Translations under genes and position numbers: made by a program | In this document: positions 39,306 through 47,017 of the stretch, in pieces | How positions within the stretch are numbered: position 1 is the stretch's first letter | Layout of the letters: each line of letters starts with the position of its first letter | Assembly (NCBI GenBank): GCA_041651115.1 | Contig: JBAZJY010000001.1 | Span: forward strand, 5,165-69,164 | DNA from: Candidatus Omnitrophota bacterium | Lineage (GTDB): Bacteria; Omnitrophota; Gorgyraeia; Gygaellales; Profunditerraquicolaceae | DNA length: 64,000 nt | Direction: 5' to 3' | Notes under the pieces: model-generated | Databases searched by the model: none | Told to the model about the DNA's origin: nothing | The model's input: the letters and a program-made list of their open reading frames with translations, nothing else

Positions 39306-40691
39306 GTGCCTATATATATACAAAATTCCCTTACCCGCAAAAAAGAAGAATTTTCTCCTCTAAAGCCTCCGGCAGTAAATATGTACACCTGCGGAGTAAC
39401 TGTTTACGACGACTGCCATATTGGCCACGCCCGCAGCCTCTACATTTTTGACGTGATCCGTAAATATCTTAAATACCGTGGGTACAACGTTAAATTCGTC
39501 CGCAACATTACCGATATTGACGACAAGATCATTAACCGCGCCAATGAGCTCAAAGAAAATTGGCAGGAATTGGTAAAAAAATACATCAGCCGTTATTATG
39601 AGGACTTGGCCAGCCTGGGAGTGGAAAAGGCGGATTTTGAGCCGCGCGCCACGGAAAACATCAAGGCAATGATCAATCATATCACCGGCCTGATCGAGCT
39701 GGGGTTTGCATATGAAGCAGGCGGTGACGTATATTTTAGCGTGCGTAAATTTTCCGAATACGGCAAGCTATCCGGCCAGAGCATTGATCAGATGGAATCC
39801 GGAACGCGGATTGATCCTTCAGATTTTAAAAAGGACCCGCTTGATTTTGCGCTTTGGAAAAAATCAAAGCCGGGAGAGCCGTTTTGGCCAAGCCCATGGG
39901 GCGAAGGCAGGCCGGGCTGGCATATTGAATGTTCGGTAATGAGCGTAAAATATTTACAGGTGGATACTTTGGATATCCATGCCGGCGGCAGGGACCTGAT
40001 CTTCCCACACCACGAAAATGAAATTGCCCAGGCAGAGGCGCTTTCCAACAAGCCGTTTGCCAAATACTGGATCCATCATGGCCTCTTAACGATCAACGGA
40101 CAAAAGATGTCCAAGTCTTTGGGTAATTTTGTAACGATCAAAGACTTTATGGATAAATATAAGAATGCCGATCTTCTAAAATTATTTTTCTTGACCGCGC
40201 ACTATTCTCATCCGATTGATTATACGCAAGAGAAAATAGAAGAAGCAAGAAAGGCGTTGGAGCGGATCGTTATATTGATGAATAAGATCGCAGACAGCAA
40301 ATTACAATCCAAAAGTAAAAAATTTGAAGAGATAGATAAGATCAAGGCAAGGTTTATTGAGGCAATGGATGATGATTTTAATACGCCGCAAGGCTTGGCA
40401 GCGATATTTGACTTAGTAAACCTGACGAATAAGCAAATCAATAATGCGGATTTTGTCATTGTGGCAAAAGATACGCTTAATGAGTTATTGGGTATTCTTG
40501 GGATTTCGCTTTTTGCCGCGCCTGCATCCGGGCTGGATGACAAAAACATAGAAGCAAAGATCGCTGAACGTAACCGGCTCAAGAATGAAAAAAAGTATAG
40601 CGAGGCAGATGGCATCAGAAAAGAGCTTGAAGCACAGGGCATCATTTTAGAAGACACAAAATCCGGCACTGCCTGGAGAAGGAAATTATAG
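39306..40691 (+). CDS. cysS: Cysteinyl-tRNA synthetase.
   Basis: CGVTVYDDCHIGHARS (HIGH) and KMSKSLGN motifs; zinc-binding Cys. Confidence 0.95.
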   Translation: MPIYIQNSLTRKKEEFSPLKPPAVNMYTCGVTVYDDCHIGHARSLYIFDVIRKYLKYRGYNVKFVRNITDIDDKIINRANELKENWQELVKKYISRYYEDLASLGVEKADFEPRATENIKAMINHITGLIELGFAYEAGGDVYFSVRKFSEYGKLSGQSIDQMESGTRIDPSDFKKDPLDFALWKKSKPGEPFWPSPWGEGRPGWHIECSVMSVKYLQVDTLDIHAGGRDLIFPHHENEIAQAEALSNKPFAKYWIHHGLLTINGQKMSKSLGNFVTIKDFMDKYKNADLLKLFFLTAHYSHPIDYTQEKIEEARKALERIVILMNKIADSKLQSKSKKFEEIDKIKARFIEAMDDDFNTPQGLAAIFDLVNLTNKQINNADFVIVAKDTLNELLGILGISLFAAPASGLDDKNIEAKIAERNRLKNEKKYSEADGIRKELEAQGIILEDTKSGTAWRRKL

Positions 40692-40734
40692 GTAATAGTA
40701 GGAACCGTCCCTAACGTTTTGAAAGGAGCATGCT

Positions 40735-41361
40735 ATGGGAGCTTTAATACCGTTAATATTCTTACTCATTATCGCCGGTTTCTATTCTTTCATTGCTTTG
40801 ATCTGGTGGAAGATCTTTAAGAAAACCGGGTTCCATCCGGCGCTGGGAATTTTAATGCTCGTTCCTTTCCTTAATCTTGTTATGCTGGCATTCCTGGCAT
40901 TCAGGGAATGGCCGGTGCGCGAAAAATTATCGCATTACAGCGCTAGCGGAGTTATCCCTCAAAAGTCGCTGGCTATGCCGCTGATTGTGGCGATCGTTTT
41001 TGCTGCGGTTATACCGGTAACGCTCTTATTTATTGCGATCGCGGTGCCGAATTTTATGCGCGCCAAGTTAATCGCGAATGAAGCTATGGCGCAGGCCGTG
41101 GTAAAAAACGTATCTCAGGCAGTAGAAGATTATGCTTCCGCAAATAACGGTGTTTATCCGACGAATGAAGTTACCTTGAAATATCCGGTTGGGTCTGAAG
41201 TGTCGTATGACGATAAGACGATTGAAGGGTACAGCTATTCGGTGAATTTGCGCCAGGATGGTTATGAAGTGGCGGCAAGCCCTGAAAAATGCGGGGTTAC
41301 CGGTTTTAACGTGTTTTTGGCGGAAACAGGCGGCAAGTTAGCAGCCAAAGACTGCCGGTAG
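40735..41361 (+). CDS. Membrane protein with a C-terminal type IV pilin-like domain fused to an N-terminal 2-TM domain; no prepilin cleavage motif.
   Basis: Two N-terminal TM helices; an internal hydrophobic helix AIAVPNFMRAKLIANEAMAQ... resembling the pilin N-terminal helix; a C-terminal Cys pair (EKCG...KDC). Flanked by direct repeats tagg.a.cGTCCCTAACGTT at 40698-40717 and 41370-41389. Homology is untested. Confidence 0.6.
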   Translation: MGALIPLIFLLIIAGFYSFIALIWWKIFKKTGFHPALGILMLVPFLNLVMLAFLAFREWPVREKLSHYSASGVIPQKSLAMPLIVAIVFAAVIPVTLLFIAIAVPNFMRAKLIANEAMAQAVVKNVSQAVEDYASANNGVYPTNEVTLKYPVGSEVSYDDKTIEGYSYSVNLRQDGYEVAASPEKCGVTGFNVFLAETGGKLAAKDCR

Positions 41362-41400
41362 GGCTTTGTAGGGACTGTCCCTAACGTTCTTTCATAATTT

Positions 41401-41545
41401 TGCGTCTGTCTTGTGTGGTTTCTCGCGGGGACGCTCGCTCCGCCCCTGCGAGGCGGAGCATCGCTCGTGAGTCGGCTTTCGCTCTGCCCTAACGTAAGTG
41501 AGGGCATCCTTGCCCGCTCAAGCCTCCTACGCCCCGCTCAAAACC
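41401..41545 (-). repeat. GC-rich structured intergenic repeat, module B (inverted copy of 59628-59766).
   Basis: The reverse complement aligns at about 85% with 59628-59766. It includes a GCTCCGCC-n7-GGCGGAGC hairpin that in the other copy reads GTCCCGCC-n7-GGCGGGAC (compensatory changes). Confidence 0.75.
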
Positions 41546-41650
41546 ACCACAAGCCTACCGCAAAATTGATAAACGTGCGCTTCGAACAAAAACCGTAAAT
41601 TTTAAATAATATGCGCTTCCGAAATTATTCGTAAACTTGTAGTTGAAATT

Positions 41651-42205
41651 ATGAAAAATCCAGATTTTAATGTAGAAAACGATAAGATATTCAAATATTT
41701 TGTAGAGCAAATGGGCCCAGCTAATTATGAAATATTTAATTCTGAAGAACCAATGCCATTTGTAGTGGCACAGCCTCCTTATAGAGGATTCTATACTTGT
41801 ATTTCGACTAGTGCGACTATTGACATTAAAACAGTTTCCTATCGGAATCTCGAACTTGCCCCTGATGCTCCCGTAGTTGTAATGCGCAATATGAGATATT
41901 GCGATCACAACGACAAGCCACATCTTAATTCAGATGATACCGTATTTTTTGCGCATAAAAGTGGTCGAATCGGAAGAGTGGTAAGAAAAGACGCAGAAGA
42001 TCACTATAAAGAAATTGCTAAAATTGGGGGGCTAGAACATATTGCAGAGGCGTTTCATTTACCTAAAGAAACGAGTGGGCCAATAAGCCAATATGTTGAA
42101 AATGGAGCCTCAGTTCCTATCAGAATTGATTGTCCACCTAAAGATAAAATTGCTTTTATAGTAGATTTAACAAAGAAAAGTTTTAAGGTGGTGCGAAAAG
42201 AGTAG
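41651..42205 (+). CDS. Hypothetical protein in an AT-rich, compositionally foreign islet.
   Basis: 184-aa ORF with GC near 36% against about 50% for the surrounding genes, and A/T-ending codon usage. No domain I recognise. Confidence 0.6.
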   Translation: MKNPDFNVENDKIFKYFVEQMGPANYEIFNSEEPMPFVVAQPPYRGFYTCISTSATIDIKTVSYRNLELAPDAPVVVMRNMRYCDHNDKPHLNSDDTVFFAHKSGRIGRVVRKDAEDHYKEIAKIGGLEHIAEAFHLPKETSGPISQYVENGASVPIRIDCPPKDKIAFIVDLTKKSFKVVRKE

Positions 42206-42307
42206 CTTTTTTTGGAATTTCGGGGACGTAATACTTAATTATCGTTTAAGCGGATGGGTTGGGTTGGTTTTTTGAGCAACACAAGCCAGCCGCTTTAGGG
42301 GAAAAAT

Positions 42308-42856
42308 ATGAAAAAGATTGCAGCGTTTTTATGCGTAGTTTTATTAGCAGGGACTGCGTTTGCGGCAGATTTTGTGCTGAAGAGTCCGCAGCTTCAGGAA
42401 GGCGGCCAGCTTGGCATGGAACAGGTATTTGCCGGTTATGGCTGCACCGGTGAGAATATCTCTCCCGCTTTATCGTGGGAAGGCGCGCCTGGCGAAACAA
42501 AAAGTTTTGCCGTTACAGTCTATGACCCGGATGCCCGCAAAGGAAACGGATGGTGGCATTGGGTGATCTTTAATATCCCGGCGGATGTTAACAGTCTCTT
42601 GCAGAATGCCGGTGATCTTGCTTCCGCTTTGGCGCCTAAAGGAAGCGCGCAGGTTAAAAGCGATTCCGGCAAGCCCGGCTATAGCGGAGCATGCCCGCCG
42701 GCAGGGGATAAGCCGCACCGTTATATATTTACCGTCTATGCTTTAGATGTTGAAAAAATGCCTATGGATGAAAATACTTCAGGAGCCGAAGCAGGCCCCA
42801 ATTTAGATCAGCACGCGATCGCAAGGGCAGCGATAACCGTAACTTATTCCAGATGA
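42308..42856 (+). CDS. YbhB/YbcL-family (PEBP/RKIP-like) periplasmic protein.
   Basis: Signal peptide; conserved YDPDAR...WHW...CPP...HRY motifs of the bacterial PEBP family. Confidence 0.8.
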   Translation: MKKIAAFLCVVLLAGTAFAADFVLKSPQLQEGGQLGMEQVFAGYGCTGENISPALSWEGAPGETKSFAVTVYDPDARKGNGWWHWVIFNIPADVNSLLQNAGDLASALAPKGSAQVKSDSGKPGYSGACPPAGDKPHRYIFTVYALDVEKMPMDENTSGAEAGPNLDQHAIARAAITVTYSR

Positions 42857-42888
42857 GAGTAAAATATATCGCGATAGCATTATTGGAC

Positions 42889-42999
42889 GGAATTGGGGAC
42901 GTCCCAAAAGCGGAATTGGGGACGTCCCAAAAGGGGACACCCTAGTTATATTTTAATAGGGTGGTACCTTAAAGGACGTCCCCAGTGACGTCCCCAGTG
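42889..42999. promoter_or_regulatory. Array of palindromic GGGGACGTCCCC motifs with a central CACCCT/AGGGTG inverted repeat.
   Basis: ggaattggggacgtcccaaaag appears twice in tandem (42889-42933). caccct-n14(AT-rich)-agggtg follows, then gacgtccccagt twice (42976-42999), immediately before the ATG at 43001. A half-site cggggacgt is also present at 42224-42233. Confidence 0.55.
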
Positions 43000-43000
43000 A

Positions 43001-43579
43001 ATGAAGCTTATGAAAAGATTAAGGTCGGTTTTATTTATCGCGGTGTTCGGGATTATCGGATTGTGGGCGCAGACTGCTTACGCAAGGGTCTCTTACATGC
43101 CCAGAATATCCAAAGCCGCCGCAGCGTATCCTAATGACAAGTTTGCCGTAGTCGGAAGCCGGATAATGTTTTATGGCGGTATTAGCATACTAGTTCTACT
43201 GTGCATAGGCTTGGCCGTGTTTGCCTATAAACTAATACCCAAAACAGAAAAAATCAGGACCTGTCCGGTAGAAGAATTTGTTCACGCCAGGCAGATAGCT
43301 ATTTATTTGCCGCGCAGCAATGATATTATCCTGAAACCGGGCTCTAAGTATTTTACTGAACTGATCAATAATTTTACCGGCGATAAAAAGGCAGCTTCCG
43401 ACGATGACAGGTACAGCGATAAGCTTTTTCTAAAAATAAAAAACAGGCGTTACGCAATTGAGGCATCTCTGGACGGCTGGAATTTTGAAGGAGAACTGCG
43501 GAATTCCCGCGTCTTAAGCAACCCTTTAGAGGTAAGAAAAATCATTGATTCCCTCAAAGAAGAGTATTTAAAGAAATAG
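43001..43579 (+). CDS. Hypothetical membrane-anchored protein.
   Basis: ORF with an N-terminal signal/anchor and a second TM helix; no recognisable domain. The ATG at 43010 is an alternative start. Confidence 0.6.
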   Translation: MKLMKRLRSVLFIAVFGIIGLWAQTAYARVSYMPRISKAAAAYPNDKFAVVGSRIMFYGGISILVLLCIGLAVFAYKLIPKTEKIRTCPVEEFVHARQIAIYLPRSNDIILKPGSKYFTELINNFTGDKKAASDDDRYSDKLFLKIKNRRYAIEASLDGWNFEGELRNSRVLSNPLEVRKIIDSLKEEYLKK

Positions 43580-43599
43580 GAAGATCGTTAGAATAAAAA

Positions 43600-44115
43600 A
43601 TGAAAGCGAAGTATTTAGGAATAACGTTATTAATAAGCGTAATGCTTTTACCGGCTGCTGCCTTGGCGATTGATACGGCTGACTGGCAAATATATAAGAA
43701 TGAAGTTTACGGATACGAGATCAAGTATCCGCTTATTCACGCTTACCTGCCGCTGGAACTTCGCCCGGTTGGCGGTGAAAAAGACGGCCGGGAAATCAAG
43801 GTATGCTTTGCAGAAACCTCTGTTCACCACGGCATAGTTGTTAAGGTGTATCCCGGCAAAAAAATAAGCAAGATCGCTTCAATAGAAGGGATCAAGGCGC
43901 CTTCTTTTAGGGATATAAAAGACGGCCTTCCAATAGCGCATAACTGGAGCATCACGAAAGTTAACTCACGGGATGCCATAAAGCATCGAGGAGATGTTGT
44001 TATTACCATTATTACCAACGGCGCCGTATTTTATATCTATCCGTGGTATAATTTCAGCGAGTTCTTTGCCGAGGACGTAATTTCTACGTTTAAATTCAAT
44101 GATTTATATGCGTAA
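43600..44115 (+). CDS. Hypothetical secreted protein; paralog of the next gene.
   Basis: Signal peptide. Shares ...YKNEVYGYEIKYP... and the C-terminal FSEFFAEDVISTFKFN with 44099-44665. Confidence 0.65.
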   Translation: MKAKYLGITLLISVMLLPAAALAIDTADWQIYKNEVYGYEIKYPLIHAYLPLELRPVGGEKDGREIKVCFAETSVHHGIVVKVYPGKKISKIASIEGIKAPSFRDIKDGLPIAHNWSITKVNSRDAIKHRGDVVITIITNGAVFYIYPWYNFSEFFAEDVISTFKFNDLYA

Positions 44116-44665
44116 AAAGTATATTACGATAACCTTATTGATCTGCGCGATAGCTTTACCGGCTGCTGCTTTTGCGCAGATCAGCGATGATGTTTCAACC
44201 TGGATAACGTATACGAATGAAGCCTATGGGTATGAGATTAAATATCCCCCTGAAATGGAGCTTATACTTGGCGGCACAGAGTTGGAAATAAACGACCGGG
44301 AATTTGTCATCCGCGTCAAGGAAAGCGATGATGACAGCGGCATATCCGCGCAGCTTTATCCGGGAAAAGATTTAAGCGCGATTGACCCCGGCGGCTTAAC
44401 TCTGCCGTCTTTGATAGATTTAAGAGTAGGTGCGGTGGAATACAAGAAAAAAATAGATAAAGTCGGGGTCTATGCCTATAAATGGAACCTGGTAATGATC
44501 AATGGCCAGGAAGCCATAAAAGGAGAAGTATATTTTGAATCTACGGCTGAAAGAATGGGTATGTTTTTTATAATTGATGAGGCATTCTTCAGCATTGAGC
44601 CGTGGACTGACTTCAGCGAAACACTCGCAGAAGAAATAATCTCAACTTTTAGGTTTAATAGATGA
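44099..44665 (+). CDS. Hypothetical secreted protein; paralog of the previous gene.
   Basis: Signal peptide. ...YTNEAYGYEIKYPPEMEL... and FSETLAEEIISTFRFN. Overlaps its neighbours by 17 nt and 4 nt. Confidence 0.65.
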   Translation: MIYMRKKYITITLLICAIALPAAAFAQISDDVSTWITYTNEAYGYEIKYPPEMELILGGTELEINDREFVIRVKESDDDSGISAQLYPGKDLSAIDPGGLTLPSLIDLRVGAVEYKKKIDKVGVYAYKWNLVMINGQEAIKGEVYFESTAERMGMFFIIDEAFFSIEPWTDFSETLAEEIISTFRFNR

Positions 44666-45276
44666 AAGGTAAATTCATTACATTTGAAGGCTCGGAAGGC
44701 TGCGGCAAGAGCACGCAGTCTAAATTGCTTTGCGAATACCTACAAACAAAAGGCCACAGGGTAACTTTTTTGCGCGAGCCCGGAGCAACTAAGATCAGCG
44801 AGAAGATCCGCGATATCCTGCTGGATGCCAAAAACGACGGCATGTCCGTTCCGTGCGAAATGCTGCTTTATATGGCTGCGCGCGCGCAAATCGTAGAGGA
44901 GATCATTAAGCCGGAACTGGCAAAAGGAAGGATCGTGATTTGCGACCGTTATCTTGATTCTACGCTTGCCTATCAGGGCTATGGCTTAGGAGTTGACGTT
45001 GGCTTGATCAGGAGCGTGGGAAAATTTGCCACACAAGGTATTATGCCGGACCTGACCATTCTTTTGGATGTTCCGGTTAAAAAGGGCCTTAATTATCGTA
45101 ATGGCGCCAAGGACCGCATTGAGCAAAGGTCTTTAGCGTATCATAATCGCGTAAGGCGCGGGTATTTCAAATTAGTAAAAGCAGAGCCGGCAAGAATAAG
45201 GGTGGTTAAGGTAGATAAAGATAAAGAAATTACCCAAAGCAGGATCAGGGCATTGATAGATAAATATGTCATTTAA
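44662..45276 (+). CDS. tmk: Thymidylate kinase.
   Basis: FITFEGSEGCGKST P-loop, DRY motif, LID region. Confidence 0.92.
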   Translation: MKGKFITFEGSEGCGKSTQSKLLCEYLQTKGHRVTFLREPGATKISEKIRDILLDAKNDGMSVPCEMLLYMAARAQIVEEIIKPELAKGRIVICDRYLDSTLAYQGYGLGVDVGLIRSVGKFATQGIMPDLTILLDVPVKKGLNYRNGAKDRIEQRSLAYHNRVRRGYFKLVKAEPARIRVVKVDKDKEITQSRIRALIDKYVI

Positions 45277-46219
45277 TCATATCCGCGGCATTGCACAGCC
45301 GCTGGCAATTATCCGGCAATACTTAAACGATACGGAGAAATCCTCAAGCCGCAGTTTTCTTTTTTGCGGGCCGGAGGCAGTAGGGAAGCGGGTTATGGCA
45401 TTAACGCTTGCCAAGGCAATCAATTGCCAGGACCAGTCCGGCGATGCCTGCGGGAGCTGTCCGTCCTGCCTGAAAATAGAGCAAGGCAACCACCCGGATA
45501 TCCATCTTATAGACGATAGCGGCACCGGCTCAATAAAGATAGAGGATATCCGCCAGCTGCAAAAAGACATTGGCTTGCGGCCGTATGAAGCGCTGAAAAA
45601 AGTCTTTATCATTGATAACGCGCATAACCTTACTGCCGAGGCAGCAAACGCGCTTTTAAAAGTTTTGGAAGAGCCGCCCAAAGACAGCCTGATCATACTG
45701 ATCACTTCTAAAACAGCGCTTTTGTTTAAGACCATTATTTCCCGCTGCCAAACCATAAAGTTTTCTCCGATGCAAAGGCAAGCCTTAAAAGAAATACTCA
45801 TGCGCGAGCATGGCTTGGAAAGCGCCAAGGCGCATTTTATCGCCTATTTTTCCGAAGGCAGGATCGGCCAGGCATTGGAGTTAAAAGATTCCGCGATATT
45901 TGAGGATAAAAATAAGATCATTAATGAATTTTGTTTTAAAACAGGCCGTAGCAGCCCGCGCATTGCGGATAAACAGGAACTCCGCGCTGCGCTAAATACG
46001 CTGGCAGTCTGGTTCAGGGACCTGTATCTTTTAAAAAGCGGACTGGCACACGCGCAGCTAGTCAACGTTGACCGTAAGGAAGACCTGCTTAAGGTAGCGC
46101 GCGCACGGTCTTTCGCGGAGCTGGACGCAGGGCTGGCAAGTATTTCCGACGCCCTGCTGCGATTGGAACAGAACATCAATATAAAACTGTTGCTGGCTAA
46201 TCTTCAGTTAGCCGGCTAA
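45266..46219 (+). CDS. holB: DNA polymerase III delta-prime subunit.
   Basis: AAA+ clamp-loader fold: GPEAVGKR P-loop variant, CxxC zinc module (CGSCPSC), SRC motif. Confidence 0.85.
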   Translation: MSFNHIRGIAQPLAIIRQYLNDTEKSSSRSFLFCGPEAVGKRVMALTLAKAINCQDQSGDACGSCPSCLKIEQGNHPDIHLIDDSGTGSIKIEDIRQLQKDIGLRPYEALKKVFIIDNAHNLTAEAANALLKVLEEPPKDSLIILITSKTALLFKTIISRCQTIKFSPMQRQALKEILMREHGLESAKAHFIAYFSEGRIGQALELKDSAIFEDKNKIINEFCFKTGRSSPRIADKQELRAALNTLAVWFRDLYLLKSGLAHAQLVNVDRKEDLLKVARARSFAELDAGLASISDALLRLEQNINIKLLLANLQLAG

Positions 46220-46234
46220 AATTTAGAGGAACCT

Positions 46235-47017
46235 ATGGATAAGACAGTCTTGGTGAGGTTAAGGGATTTCGGCCAGGCGTATTTTTATAACGCCGGCGAA
46301 ATGGCAGTGAAAGAAGGCGATTTTGTGATCGTAGAGCATGACCGCGGCCTTGATTACGGACAGATTGTTTCTCCGAAAGAGGCAGCGGCAGATAAAGAGT
46401 CCAAGGAACCGCCGAAAAAGATCATCCGTCAGGCAACTCCCGCGGATATGAAGCAGGTTGACGATAACCGCACAAAGGCAAAGGACGCTTTTGCCACTTG
46501 CCTTAAAAAGATTGCCGAGCATAAGCTGGATATGAAACTGGTGCGGGCGGAGTATTCCTTTGACCGCACAAAGATCGTGTTTTATTTTACCGCTTCAGGC
46601 AGGGTTGATTTCCGCAACCTCGTTAAAGACCTGGCAAAGATATTCAAGGCACGCATTGAGCTGCGCCAGATCGGGGTCAGGGATGAAGCAAAGATATTCG
46701 GCGGGTTTGGCCCCTGCGGCAGGGAACTTTGCTGCGCGCGTTTCCTAAAAGATTTTGAGCCGGTAACCATCAAAATGGCAAAAGAAGAGGGGTTGCCGCT
46801 TAATCCCCCGAAGATCTCCGGGCTTTGTGGCAGGCTGATGTGCTGCCTTTCTTTTGAATACGAAACCTATAAAATATTAGCCAAGGGCCTTCCGCACGAA
46901 GGCGAGCGCGTGCACATCCAGCAGGGTAAAGGAAAAGTGCTTAGCGTCAATGTTTTTAAGCGCTCTGCCATGATCGAGCTGGAAGACGGCACCGTAGTTG
47001 AGAACAAATACAAATGA
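46235..47017 (+). CDS. ricT: PSP1-domain protein (RicT/YaaT-like).
   Basis: PSP1 C-terminal domain with the conserved Cys pattern (GPCGRELCCARF...GLCGRLMCCLSFE). It sits between holB and metG as in Bacillus. Confidence 0.8.
   Translation: MDKTVLVRLRDFGQAYFYNAGEMAVKEGDFVIVEHDRGLDYGQIVSPKEAAADKESKEPPKKIIRQATPADMKQVDDNRTKAKDAFATCLKKIAEHKLDMKLVRAEYSFDRTKIVFYFTASGRVDFRNLVKDLAKIFKARIELRQIGVRDEAKIFGGFGPCGRELCCARFLKDFEPVTIKMAKEEGLPLNPPKISGLCGRLMCCLSFEYETYKILAKGLPHEGERVHIQQGKGKVLSVNVFKRSAMIELEDGTVVENKYK

Noticed and set aside
42889-42999. Possible CRISPR array, because of the short direct repeats.
   Set aside because: There are only two plus two repeat copies, essentially no unique spacers (1-nt gap), and no cas genes. 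The pattern fits protein-binding palindromes, not a CRISPR array.
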